Positions 25,860 to 35,588 are shown, counted from the first letter of the stretch. The stretch: 61,304 bases of DNA from Candidatus Rokuibacteriota bacterium (GCA_003220675.1 QHTD01000058.1:1-61304); one strand, 5' to 3'. Translations and numbers: made by a program. The notes: generated by a model from the sequence alone, not told the origin.

Positions 25860-28810
25860 CCGTCGGCATCCTCCTCGCCTACCTCTGCTTCCTCTTCGTC
25901 GTCGCCGCCGTCGCCGAGCGCTTTGGACGGCGGCGCCTCGTCTCGCGGCTGCGCACGCTGACGTACGTCATGGCCGTCTCGGTCTACTGCACCGCGTGGA
26001 CCTTCTACGGCAGCGTCGGGCTCGCCGCAAACCGCGGCCTCGAGTTCCTGACGATCTACCTCGGACCCGCGCTGATCGCGCTCACGTGGCCGACGATGCT
26101 GCGCAAGCTCGTACGGGTCGCCAAGGAGCAGCGGATCACGACGATCTCCGACTTCATCGGGAGCCGGTACGGCAAGTCGGCCGCCCTCGGCACGCTCGTC
26201 GCGGTGCTCGTCGTGGTCGGGATGATCCCGTACATCGCGCTCCAGTTGAAGGCGGTATCGGTCTCGTTCCGGATGATGATCCCGGGGGACTCGCTACTCT
26301 CCGGCTTCGACCCGACGCTGCTCGTCGCCGGCACGCTCGCGCTCTTCGGCATCCTGTTCGGCGCCCGGAACCTCGACTTCACACGACAGCAGACGGGCCT
26401 CATGACCGCTGTTGCCGTGGAGTCCATCGTCAAGCTCGTGGCGTTCCTGCTCGTCGGCGGCTGGGTGACGTGGGGGCTCTTCGGGGGCTTCGGTGACATC
26501 TTCACGGCGATCGCCGCGAGCCCGTGGTCCCGGCTCCTCACGCTCGACACGCCGCCCGCCGCCTCCTATGCGCGCTGGGCCGCGATGCTCCTGATCTCGA
26601 TGATGGCGGTCATCCTCCTGCCGCGGCAGTTCCACGTCCTCGTCGTGCAAAATCCGCGGGAGCGCGACGTGCACACGGCCGCGTGGGCCTTCCCGCTCTA
26701 CCTCCTCGCGATCAACGTCTTCGTGCTGCCCATCGCCTTCGGCGGCCTCCTCACGTTCGGGGATGTCGCCTCCGCCGACAGCTTCATCCTGGCGCTCCCG
26801 CTCCGGGCGGACGCGGGGCTCGTCGCCGTCACCGTGTTCCTCGGCGGCTTCTCCGCCGCGACGGCCATGATCGTCGTGGACTCCCTCGCGCTCTCGAAGA
26901 TGATCTCCAACGACATCGTCCTACCGTTCCTCCTCCGCCGCCGGCGGCTCGAGGAAGTGTACTCGGCGAGCCTCGCGTCCACGCGCCTCGGCATCCTCGT
27001 GGTGGTGACCCTCGGCTTTCTGTGGGCGCGTATCGAGGCGGGCCCGTTCCTCCTCGTCGAAATGGGGCTCCTGTCGTTCATCGCGGTCACGCAGTGCGCT
27101 CCCGCCGTGCTCTTCGGCTTGTACTGGCGCCGCGGCAACCGCAAGGGCGCCTTGGCGGGCATCTCCGCGGGGTTTGCCCTGTGGTTCTACACGCTGATCG
27201 TCCCCGCCGTCGTGAAGGATGGCGCGGTGCCGATCTCGCTGCTGGAGGCCGGCCCGCTCGGCATCGGCTGGCTCCGCCCGACCGCGCTCTTCTCGCTCGA
27301 GGGGCTCGACTCGATCAGCCACGGCGTCTTCTGGTCGCTCTTCGTCAACGTCGCCGCCTACCTCCTGGTATCCATCTTCACCGCCCAGGACGCCGACGAG
27401 CGCAGCCAGGCCGCGGCGTTCGTCGGGCTCGTCGAGAAGGCCGAGCCGTCGCCGACGCCCGCGATCCTGTCGGTGCCGGAGATCGAGCGCCTCCTGCACC
27501 TGTACGTCCCCGCCGAGGATGCCGACGCGATCCTCGGCGAGCTGCTCGGCGGCAAGACGCCGCGCGAGCTGTCGCTGCCCGACCTCCTCGACCTGCGTAT
27601 CCGCCTCGAGCGCATGCTGGCGGCCTCGCTCGGTGCCGCCGCAGCCCGTTACATCATCGAGGACCGGTTCACGATCTCGAAGGGTGAGGCGCAGGAGCTC
27701 GTCGAGTCGTTCCAGACCATGCAGCGCTCGCTTGGGAAGAGCGAGCGGCTCCTCGCCTCCGTGGTGGAGTCGGTGGAGGACTGCATTTTCACGACCGACG
27801 TCGAGGGGCGGCTCATCACGCTCAACCCGGCGGGCCGCCGGCTGCTCGGCCGCGACGCGGCCGCCGGCCCATTGACGCGCCTCGACGTGCTCGACGAGGC
27901 CGACCGGCGTCGCGTCGGCCCGGCCATCAAGCGCGCGGTGGCGAACGGCCGGCCCTGGCGCGGGGCCGTGCAAGGGCTCACCCGCGCCCGTCGACGCTTC
28001 CCGGCGCACCTCGCCGTCTCCTGCGTTTTCGACGAGAAGGGACAGGTGCTCGGAACCGTCGGAGTGCTTCGCGACCTCACGGAGCAGGTCGCGACCCAGC
28101 AGCGCCTCATCCAGCGCGAGAAGCTCGCCTCCCTCGGCGAGATGGCGGCCGGCGTCGCGCACGAGATCCGTAACCCTCTCGGCGGCATCAAGATGGCGAC
28201 CAACCTCCTGTCCTCGAGCGCGATGAACGACCGGCGGATCTCGCAGGAGATGGCCCAGTCCATCACGTCCGGAATCGCGGAGATCGAGGCGATCATCGCG
28301 GACCTGCTCGACTACGCCCGCGAGACCCGCCTGGACTGCCAGGAGTACGCGCTCGGCCGCATTCTGGCGCCAGTCGTCGAGGCGTGCGCCGCCGATGGCC
28401 GAGCGCGGGGCGTGCGCGTCGTGGCGCACGGGCTCGAGGACGCGGTGGTCGCGTCGGTCGACGGCCAGCGCCTCAGACAGGTGTTCACCAACGTCATGCA
28501 GAACGCGCTCGAGGCGACCGAGCGCCAGCGGAGCGGGCGAGTGGAGGTGCGGCTGCACCAGCGCGAGACCGCGGGGGTGGTCGAGATCGCGGACAACGGC
28601 GTCGGCATCCAGCCCGAGCACCGCGAGAAGATCTTTCTGCCCTTCTACACGACCAAGCCGACCGGCACGGGGCTCGGCATGGCGATCGTCAAGAAGATCA
28701 TGGACCTGCATGGCGGCGAGATCGAGATCGACAGCGCGCCCGGGCGGGGGACCACGATCCGCCTGATCATTCCGCGGTCGCCGCTGCCGGCCGTCGCGGA
28801 AGTGGCGTAG
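25856..28810 (+). CDS. sensor histidine kinase with N-terminal solute:sodium-symporter (SSF/SLC5) domain (CbrA/CrbS-like architecture)
   Basis: 984 aa. About 500 aa are polytopic SSF-like (ISDFIGSRYG). This is followed by PAS, H-box AHEIRNPLGG and ATPase boxes (NALEA, GTGLGMAIVKKIM). Confidence 0.85.
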   Translation: MTVGILLAYLCFLFVVAAVAERFGRRRLVSRLRTLTYVMAVSVYCTAWTFYGSVGLAANRGLEFLTIYLGPALIALTWPTMLRKLVRVAKEQRITTISDFIGSRYGKSAALGTLVAVLVVVGMIPYIALQLKAVSVSFRMMIPGDSLLSGFDPTLLVAGTLALFGILFGARNLDFTRQQTGLMTAVAVESIVKLVAFLLVGGWVTWGLFGGFGDIFTAIAASPWSRLLTLDTPPAASYARWAAMLLISMMAVILLPRQFHVLVVQNPRERDVHTAAWAFPLYLLAINVFVLPIAFGGLLTFGDVASADSFILALPLRADAGLVAVTVFLGGFSAATAMIVVDSLALSKMISNDIVLPFLLRRRRLEEVYSASLASTRLGILVVVTLGFLWARIEAGPFLLVEMGLLSFIAVTQCAPAVLFGLYWRRGNRKGALAGISAGFALWFYTLIVPAVVKDGAVPISLLEAGPLGIGWLRPTALFSLEGLDSISHGVFWSLFVNVAAYLLVSIFTAQDADERSQAAAFVGLVEKAEPSPTPAILSVPEIERLLHLYVPAEDADAILGELLGGKTPRELSLPDLLDLRIRLERMLAASLGAAAARYIIEDRFTISKGEAQELVESFQTMQRSLGKSERLLASVVESVEDCIFTTDVEGRLITLNPAGRRLLGRDAAAGPLTRLDVLDEADRRRVGPAIKRAVANGRPWRGAVQGLTRARRRFPAHLAVSCVFDEKGQVLGTVGVLRDLTEQVATQQRLIQREKLASLGEMAAGVAHEIRNPLGGIKMATNLLSSSAMNDRRISQEMAQSITSGIAEIEAIIADLLDYARETRLDCQEYALGRILAPVVEACAADGRARGVRVVAHGLEDAVVASVDGQRLRQVFTNVMQNALEATERQRSGRVEVRLHQRETAGVVEIADNGVGIQPEHREKIFLPFYTTKPTGTGLGMAIVKKIMDLHGGEIEIDSAPGRGTTIRLIIPRSPLPAVAEVA

Positions 28811-28995
28811 AGGAGGGGACGATGCGACACCGGGTCCTGATCGTCGAGAAGAAGAAAATCTTCCTGTCCGGGGGGACCACGATCCGCCTGATCATTCTGC
28901 GGTCGCCGCTGCCGGCCGTCGCGGAAGTGGCGTAGAGGAGGGGACGATGCGACACCGGGTCCTGATCGTCGAGGACGACGAGATCTTCCTGCGCC
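28746..28995 (+). repeat. 125-bp tandem duplication across the kinase-stop / regulator-start junction
   Basis: 28746-28848 and 28871-28973 match at 102/103 nt. The next 21 nt match at 13/21 (aagaagaaaatcttcctgtcc versus gacgacgagatcttcctgcgc). Confidence 0.9.
28822..28935 (+). other. 37-codon chimeric mini-ORF created by the duplication
   Basis: MRHRVLIVEKKKIFLSGGTTIRLIILRSPLPAVAEVA*. The N-terminus copies the regulator start (with its GGAGG SD) and the C-terminus copies the kinase end. Expression is unknown. Confidence 0.4.
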
Positions 28996-30329
28996 CGCTC
29001 CAGCGCACCCTGGAGGTCGAAGGATACGACGTGCTCGTCGTGGGGAGTGGAGAGGAGGCGATGGAGCTCCTCAAAAGCGACGACGTGGACCTGGTGCTCA
29101 CCGACAAACGGCTGCCCGGGGTCGACGGGGTCGAGCTCGTCCGACGGATCAAGAGCGACCATCCCGACCTGGCGGTCGTGGTGATGACGGCGTACGGGAC
29201 GATCGGTTCGGCGGTCGAGGCGATGCGCCTCGGCGCGGAGGACTACCTCGTGAAGCCGTTCGAGGCCGCCGAGATGCTCATGGTGCTCCGGCGCGCGATC
29301 GAGTTCCACGAGCTCAAGGCCGCAAGCCGCGCGACCCTGCGGCGCAACCAGGAGCGGTTCACGCTCAAGAACATCCTCGCGCAGAGCCAGGTGATGCAGG
29401 ACGTCTTCGAGCTGCTCAACACGGTTGCCGGGCTCGACACGACCGTGCTGATCCACGGCGAGACGGGCGTTGGCAAGGAGCTGCTCGCGCGCTCGCTCCA
29501 CTTCTCGGGCGCTCGGCGCGACAAGCCGTTCGTCGCGGTGAACTGCGCGGCGATCCCGGAAGAGCTGTTCGAGTCGGAGCTGTTCGGCTTCAGGAAGGGC
29601 GCCTTCACGAGCGCCAGCGAGACGCGCCGCGGCCTGCTCCAGGCGGCCAACGGCGGGACGCTCCTCCTCGACGAGATCGGCGAGATGCCGCTCGGGCTGC
29701 AGTCGAAGCTCCTGCGGGTCATCGAGGAGAAGCGCGTGACATCGATCGGCTCCGACCGCGCGATCGAGATCGACGTGCGCTTCATCGTCACGACCAACAA
29801 GGACCTCCAGGCCGAGGTCGAGCGCGGCGCCTTCCGACGCGACCTCTACTACCGGCTGTCGGTGATGCCGGTGCTGGTGCCGCCCCTGCGCGAGCGCGCC
29901 GGTGACATCCCGTTGCTGGCGCAGCACTTTCTCGAAGCCAGCGCCCGGCGCTCGAAGAAGACGGTGCGAGCGATCTCGCCCGCGGTGATGCAGGCGCTCT
30001 GCCGCTACGCATGGCCCGGCAACGTGCGTGAGCTGGAGAACGTGATCGAGCGCGCGGTGATCGTCGCCAAGGGTGACACGATCGCCGACGTCGAGCGGTT
30101 CCTCACGGGCGAGGCGGAGCGGCCGCGCGTGGACCTCGGGCTGCCGTTTCGCGACGCGAAGGCGCGGGTCATCGAGGAGTTCGAGCGCGCCTACATCGTC
30201 GGCGTCCTCGAGGCCGAGGGCGGAAAGCTCACCGCCGCCGCCAAGCACGCCGACATGGACCCGAAGAACTTCTACGAGAAACTGACGCGCTACGGCCTCC
30301 GTCGGCCCGCCGGGGGGCTGGGCGACTGA
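28947..30329 (+). CDS. sigma54-dependent response regulator (NtrC family) with variant GAFTSA loop
   Basis: REC domain (LVLTDKRLPG), Walker A GETGVGKE, GAFTSA in place of GAFTGA, Fis-type HTH at the C-terminus. Confidence 0.9.
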   Translation: MRHRVLIVEDDEIFLRPLQRTLEVEGYDVLVVGSGEEAMELLKSDDVDLVLTDKRLPGVDGVELVRRIKSDHPDLAVVVMTAYGTIGSAVEAMRLGAEDYLVKPFEAAEMLMVLRRAIEFHELKAASRATLRRNQERFTLKNILAQSQVMQDVFELLNTVAGLDTTVLIHGETGVGKELLARSLHFSGARRDKPFVAVNCAAIPEELFESELFGFRKGAFTSASETRRGLLQAANGGTLLLDEIGEMPLGLQSKLLRVIEEKRVTSIGSDRAIEIDVRFIVTTNKDLQAEVERGAFRRDLYYRLSVMPVLVPPLRERAGDIPLLAQHFLEASARRSKKTVRAISPAVMQALCRYAWPGNVRELENVIERAVIVAKGDTIADVERFLTGEAERPRVDLGLPFRDAKARVIEEFERAYIVGVLEAEGGKLTAAAKHADMDPKNFYEKLTRYGLRRPAGGLGD

Positions 30330-30379
30330 GGTAGAATCGTCGGCGGACGAGGCCAATCCAGCAGTCAACGAGGGGAGCT

Positions 30380-32335
30380 ATGGCCCAAGCGAAACCGAAG
30401 GCGGACGTTCCGATCCAGGCGTTGCTTCGCGAGAACCGGAAGTTTCCGCCGCCGAAGGCGTTCGGGAACAACGCGCTCATCAACAAGCCTTCGATCTACG
30501 CCCAGGCGCAAAAGAATTACGTGCGGTTCTGGGAACAGCGCGCCCGTGACCTCCACTGGTTCAGGCCGTGGAGGAAGGCGCTCGACTGGAAGCCACCGTA
30601 CGCCAAGTGGTTCGTCGGCGGCAAGCTGAACGTCGCGGACAACTGTCTCGACCGCCACGTCTCCGGCCCGCGCCGTACGAAGGCCGCGATCATCTGGGAA
30701 GGCGAGCCCGGGGACAGCCGCGTCCTGACCTACTGGGACCTCTACCGTGAGGTCAACCGGTTCGCCGCGGCGCTCAAGCGGCATGGCGTCAAGAAGGGCG
30801 ACCGGGTCACGATCTACATGCCGATGGTGCCCGAGCTGCCGATCGCCATGCTGGCGTGCGCCCGGATCGGCGCGCCGCACAGCGTGATCTTCGGCGGTTT
30901 CTCGCCGGAGGCCGTGCGCGAGCGCATCCACGACGCCGACTCGAGTCTCGTGATCACCGCCGACGGCGGCTTCCGGCGCGGCTCCATCGTCCCCCTCAAG
31001 AAGAACGTGGACGAGGCGCTCCGCGGCGCGCCCGGCGTCAAGACGGTCATCGTCCTCAAGCGCACCGGCCAGGCCGTGGCGATGCAGAGCGGCCGCGACG
31101 TCTGGTGGGACGAGTTCGTCAAGGGCGCGCCCGCTCGCTGCCCGGCCGAGCCGATGGACTCGGAGGACCTCCTCTACCTCCTCTACACGTCCGGGTCCAC
31201 GGGCAAGCCCAAAGGCATCATCCACACGACGGGCGGCTATCTCACGGGCGTGACCGCCACGCACAAGTGGATCTTCGACCTCCACGAGGAGGACGTCTAC
31301 TGGTGCACCGCCGACATCGGCTGGGTCACCGGCCACTCGTACATCGTGTATGCGCCGCTCGCCAATGGCGCGACCACGGTCATGTACGAGGGCACGCCGG
31401 ACTACCCCGACAAGGACCGCTTCTGGCGCATCGTCGAGAAGTACGGGATCACGATCATCTACACGGCGCCGACCGCGATCCGAACCTTTATGAAATGGGG
31501 AGACGCGTACCCGAAGCGCTGCGACCTCTCGAGCCTCAGGCTGCTCGGGACGGTCGGCGAGCCGATCAACCCCGAGGCGTGGGTGTGGTACTGGAAGGTG
31601 ATCGGCGGAGGGCGGTGCCCGGTCGTCGACACCTGGTGGCAAACCGAGACGGGCCAGATCCTCATCACGCCGCTGCCGGGCGTCACCGTGCTCAAGCCCG
31701 GGTCGGCGACGAGGCCCTTCCCTGGCGTGGAGGCGGACGTGCTCGACGAGAAGGGCAACCCGACGACGTCGGGCTATCTCGTGCTCAAGAAACCCTGGCC
31801 GGCTATGCTCCGCGGCATCTGGGGCGATCCCGACCGCTACGTCAAGCAGTACTGGTCGAAGTACGACAATATCTACTTCACCGGCGACGGCGCCAAGCGC
31901 GACGAGGACGGCTATTTCTGGCTGCTCGGCCGCGTCGACGACGTCATGAACGTCTCGGGCCACCGCGTCTCGACGATGGAGGTCGAGTCCGCGCTCGTCG
32001 ATCACAAGGCGGTCGCCGAGGCCGCGGTCATCGGCAAGCCACACGAGATCAAGGGGCAGGCGATCGCCGCGTTCGTCACACTCAAGCAGGGCATCGACGG
32101 GACGCCCGCGCTCCAGGACGAGCTCAAGCAGCACGTCGCCAAGAAGATCGGCTCGCTCGCGCGGCCCGACGATCTGATCTTCTCCGCCGAGCTGCCGAAG
32201 ACGCGGAGCGGGAAGATCATGCGGCGCCTCCTGCGTGACATCGCCGAGGGCCGGGCGCTCGGCGACACGACGACGCTCGCCGACCCGAACGTCGTCGCGA
32301 CGCTCAAGGAGAAGTACGAGGCCGAGGAGTCGTAG
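30380..32335 (+). CDS. acs: acetyl-CoA synthetase
   Basis: 651 aa with [11 protein letters not shown] and the C-terminal SGKIMRR lysine motif. Full-length Acs-like pattern. Confidence 0.95.
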   Translation: MAQAKPKADVPIQALLRENRKFPPPKAFGNNALINKPSIYAQAQKNYVRFWEQRARDLHWFRPWRKALDWKPPYAKWFVGGKLNVADNCLDRHVSGPRRTKAAIIWEGEPGDSRVLTYWDLYREVNRFAAALKRHGVKKGDRVTIYMPMVPELPIAMLACARIGAPHSVIFGGFSPEAVRERIHDADSSLVITADGGFRRGSIVPLKKNVDEALRGAPGVKTVIVLKRTGQAVAMQSGRDVWWDEFVKGAPARCPAEPMDSEDLLYLLYTSGSTGKPKGIIHTTGGYLTGVTATHKWIFDLHEEDVYWCTADIGWVTGHSYIVYAPLANGATTVMYEGTPDYPDKDRFWRIVEKYGITIIYTAPTAIRTFMKWGDAYPKRCDLSSLRLLGTVGEPINPEAWVWYWKVIGGGRCPVVDTWWQTETGQILITPLPGVTVLKPGSATRPFPGVEADVLDEKGNPTTSGYLVLKKPWPAMLRGIWGDPDRYVKQYWSKYDNIYFTGDGAKRDEDGYFWLLGRVDDVMNVSGHRVSTMEVESALVDHKAVAEAAVIGKPHEIKGQAIAAFVTLKQGIDGTPALQDELKQHVAKKIGSLARPDDLIFSAELPKTRSGKIMRRLLRDIAEGRALGDTTTLADPNVVATLKEKYEAEES

Positions 32336-32426
32336 CGAGCCCGCCGTCTCCGTATGGTCTCCACACCCGACCCGATTGGTTCCAGTACCATGGCCCGTCC
32401 CCCGGCCGGTCGGACGAGGGACACAG

Positions 32427-32470
32427 AATCAAAGGCTTGCGCTGGTCTCTCGCTTGGCATCGGGGCTGCA
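32427..32470 (+). promoter_or_regulatory. sigma54 (-24/-12) promoter with adjacent IHF-like site
   Basis: TGGCAT-cgggg-CTGCA (32455-32470), with GG and GC 12 nt apart as in the TGGCAC-N5-TTGCA consensus. AATCAAaggcTTG (32427-32439) fits WATCAANNNNTTR. Lies ~60 nt upstream of ATG 32532. Confidence 0.6.
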
Positions 32471-32531
32471 AAGAGCCGCCGCGGCTCGGTGAGCGGCTGG
32501 ATGAAGCGCAGTAAAACAACAGAGGAGGCTT

Positions 32532-33896
32532 ATGCCGGCGTCTAAAGTTCCACTCAAAGAGCTCCGCCGCGTCGTCATCGCCGCGTCCGTCGGGAACATC
32601 ATCGAGTGGTACGACTTCTACATCTTCGGCAGCCTGGCCTCGATCCTCGCGGTCAAGTTCTTCGAGAAGGGCCACCCGGTGGCGGCCTTCCTCAGCACGG
32701 TGGCGATCTTCTCGGTCGGCTTCCTGATCCGCCCACTGGGGGCGTTCCTCTTCGGCTGGCTCGGCGACAAGGTGGGCCGGAAGTACACGTTCATCGTCAC
32801 GCTGACCGGCATGGGCGTGGGGACGGCCCTCATCGGCTTCGTTCCCAGCTACGCGTCAATCGGGCTCGCCGCGGCCTTCATCCTCTTCGGGCTGCGCCTG
32901 ATCCAGGGCCTCTGCCTCGGCGGAGAGTACGGCGGCGCCATCACCTACGTCGCCGAGCACATCTCCGACGAGAAGCGTGGGTACTACACCGGGTGGCTGC
33001 AGACGTCGCCGACGCTCGGCATCGTCCTGTCGCTTGGGGTTATCATCGGAATCCGCAGCTATCTTGGCTTCGACGCCTTCCAGGACTGGGGCTGGCGCGT
33101 GCCGTTCATCATCTCGCTCCTCCTCGTCGCAATCGCTATCTGGATCCGGCTCTCGCTCGGCGAAACGCCGATCTTCCAGGAGATCAAGAGGAAGGGCCAG
33201 ACCGCGACCAATCCGTGGCGCGAGGCCTTCATGAGCAGCAACTTCAAGTATGTGGTCATCGCCAGCGTGGTCGTGCTGGGGCAGGGTTGCGTCTGGTACA
33301 GCGGCCAGTTCTGGGCGCTGTTTTACCTCCAATCGGTCAAGAAGCTCGACGTGCTGACCTCCAGCTATATCATCGCGGCCGCGCTGCTGATCGCGACCCC
33401 GACGCTCATCTTCTGGGGCTGGCTCTCGGACAAGATCGGCCGGAAGCCGATCATCCTCGGCGGCATGGCCCTTGCCTCCCTCACGTACTACCCCCTCTAC
33501 ACGGCGCTCGGCGGCTACGCCGATCCCAAGACCCTCAACCCCACGATGGCGGTGATCATCGTCGTGATCCTGGTCAACTACGTCGGCATGACGTATGGAC
33601 CGATCGGGGCGTTCCTGGCCGAGTTCTTTCCCTCGCGTATCCGCTATACGTCGGTGTCAGTGCCCTATCACATCGGCAACGGCTGGGGCGGCGGTCTCGT
33701 GCCTTTCATCACCACGGCGGCCTACGCCAAGGCAGTGGAGAACGGCTCCAGCGACCCCCTCTTCTGGGCTCTGGTCTATCCCATCGCGCTTCCCGCGATC
33801 ATGTTCCTGATCGCGGTCTTCCTGATGCCGGAGACGCGCAAGCACAGCATCTGGGAGGAGGGGGCGATCGAGGCGACTCGCGCGGCTCGCGCGTGA
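32532..33896 (+). CDS. MFS transporter, metabolite:H+ symporter (MHS) family
   Basis: 454 aa, 12-TM pattern, N-terminal GNIIEWYDFYIFG typical of the KgtP/ProP/ShiA-like MHS family. SD GAGGAGG upstream. Confidence 0.85.
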   Translation: MPASKVPLKELRRVVIAASVGNIIEWYDFYIFGSLASILAVKFFEKGHPVAAFLSTVAIFSVGFLIRPLGAFLFGWLGDKVGRKYTFIVTLTGMGVGTALIGFVPSYASIGLAAAFILFGLRLIQGLCLGGEYGGAITYVAEHISDEKRGYYTGWLQTSPTLGIVLSLGVIIGIRSYLGFDAFQDWGWRVPFIISLLLVAIAIWIRLSLGETPIFQEIKRKGQTATNPWREAFMSSNFKYVVIASVVVLGQGCVWYSGQFWALFYLQSVKKLDVLTSSYIIAAALLIATPTLIFWGWLSDKIGRKPIILGGMALASLTYYPLYTALGGYADPKTLNPTMAVIIVVILVNYVGMTYGPIGAFLAEFFPSRIRYTSVSVPYHIGNGWGGGLVPFITTAAYAKAVENGSSDPLFWALVYPIALPAIMFLIAVFLMPETRKHSIWEEGAIEATRAARA

Positions 33897-33933
33897 GCCG
33901 CCGCCGATAGTTCTGCCGGGTTTGATGGACGCT

Positions 33934-33954
33934 CGGGGGGTCTCGGGCCCCCCG
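33934..33954. terminator. GC hairpin between convergent genes
   Basis: CGGGGGG-TCTCGGG-CCCCCCG, located downstream of the MFS stop. Confidence 0.4.
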
Positions 33955-33987
33955 GACGTCCTTCGTCTCGGGGTGGCCGGGCCCGCG

Positions 33988-34284
33988 TCAACACGAATAC
34001 TTGTTGAGCGCCTGATACCCGACAATCCACAGGTTCAGGTGGAGTTGCCGGTCCCTGAGGCTGTAGTAGAGCTTTTGAGGCGTCCGTAGGCGAACGGTCA
34101 CGTTCCCCGAATCCCCGGCCAGAAGGACGGAGTCTTGGCCCTCGGCGTTGTCCGCCAGCTCAGCGAGCGGCGGGACTTCGTCGGCCCGACTCGCGATCTG
34201 ATACCGAAAGGTGATAGCGACCGTGTTCGGGGGCACCGCCTCCGAGAGGTCGATCTCCTTGAACAGCCTAGCCCTCCGTCCCAT
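33988..34284 (-). CDS. hypothetical 98-aa protein, last gene of the glc-like operon
   Basis: ORF overlaps the glcF-like stop by 17 nt on the same strand. No motif recognised and no clear SD. Confidence 0.35.
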   Translation of the reverse strand: MGRRARLFKEIDLSEAVPPNTVAITFRYQIASRADEVPPLAELADNAEGQDSVLLAGDSGNVTVRLRTPQKLYYSLRDRQLHLNLWIVGYQALNKYSC

Positions 34285-35587
34285 GATACGACCAGTCCAG
34301 GAGCTCTACAGGGTGCACCACGCGGACGTTCAGCCCTCGCTCCTTCAGGCCCTTCTCGATCTGGAGGGAGCAGCCGGGATTCCCGCTCACCACCACCTCG
34401 GCCCCCGTCTCTTTGATCCGCTCGATCTTCCGATCGAGAAACTGCCGGGCCAGCTCCGGATAGAGGAGATTGTAGATTCCAGCGCTTCCGCAACAGTCAT
34501 CTGATTCTCTCAGCTCGACGAACTGGAGTCCAGGGATCGCCTTCAGGATTGTCCTGGGTTCCTGCCGAACCTTCTGACCATGCGCGAGGTGGCAGGCGTC
34601 GTGGTACGTGACGACGCGCTTCAGCGCTCGGAGCCGGCCGTTCAGTGGAGCCTGGGCGAGGAGCTGGGAGACGTCGCGCACCTTCTTGCTGAAGGTCTCC
34701 GCCCGCTGCGCGTAGGCCGGCTCGGTATGGAGCAACTCCCAGTACTCCTTCATGACCGAGCCGCACCCCGCCGCGTTGACCACGACGAGATCCACGTGAG
34801 CCCGCTCGAAGACGTCGATGGTCCTCCTCGCCAGCGCCTTGGCCTGTTCGCGCTCTCCTTCGTGGACGAGGAGCGATCCGCAGCAGCCTTGATCGCGGGG
34901 CACCACCACGTCATACCCGTTCTCGCTCAAGACCCGGGCCGTCGCGCTGTTCACGTCGGCGAAAAAGAAGCGTTGGACACAGCCCACGAGCAGCCCCACC
35001 CGCCCTCGTTTTTCGCCCTTGGCCGGCACGACCTCCGGCAGGTCTTTGCGCCGGCGCTTGTCGGGGATGGCGGGGAGCAGAGCCTCCATCTTTCCCAGGC
35101 GACCGAACAAGCGCAGGGTCCCTGAGGCCCGGACCAGCTTCTGGAGGCCCGAGCGCTGATAAAAGCTCAGAAGTCCGGTCACGGCGCGTAAGCGCCTGGG
35201 GTCGGTGAACGTACGGAGGATGAGATGCTTGAAACGTCGATCGGCCGCGGAATACTGATAGTGCCGCTCGATCTGGCCCCTGGCGCTCTCCATCAGGAAG
35301 CCGAATTTGACGCCCGACGGGCAGGCTGTCTCGCAGGCCCGGCAGAGCAGGCAGAGGTTCATGTGCCTGACGAAGTTGTCGGAGATGCCGATCTTCCCCT
35401 CTGAAGCCGCCCGTATGAGATAGATCCGGCCGCGTGGGCTGTCCATCTCGTTGCCGAGGACGAGGTAGGTAGGACACGTGGGAAGACAAAAGCCGCAGTG
35501 GACGCAGTCAAGCTGGAGCTCTGCATCGGGCGGATCGATCTGATCGAAGGCGCTGGCGGTGATCTTCCCCGTCGGTTGGACGGCCAT
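34268..35587 (-). CDS. glcF: glycolate oxidase iron-sulfur subunit-like (Fe-S/CCG-domain) protein
   Basis: Two ferredoxin-type motifs, CVHCGFCLPTCP and CLLCRACETACP, plus Cys-rich CCG-type halves. 439 aa. Confidence 0.8.
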   Translation of the reverse strand: MAVQPTGKITASAFDQIDPPDAELQLDCVHCGFCLPTCPTYLVLGNEMDSPRGRIYLIRAASEGKIGISDNFVRHMNLCLLCRACETACPSGVKFGFLMESARGQIERHYQYSAADRRFKHLILRTFTDPRRLRAVTGLLSFYQRSGLQKLVRASGTLRLFGRLGKMEALLPAIPDKRRRKDLPEVVPAKGEKRGRVGLLVGCVQRFFFADVNSATARVLSENGYDVVVPRDQGCCGSLLVHEGEREQAKALARRTIDVFERAHVDLVVVNAAGCGSVMKEYWELLHTEPAYAQRAETFSKKVRDVSQLLAQAPLNGRLRALKRVVTYHDACHLAHGQKVRQEPRTILKAIPGLQFVELRESDDCCGSAGIYNLLYPELARQFLDRKIERIKETGAEVVVSGNPGCSLQIEKGLKERGLNVRVVHPVELLDWSYHGTEG

Positions 35588-35588
35588 C

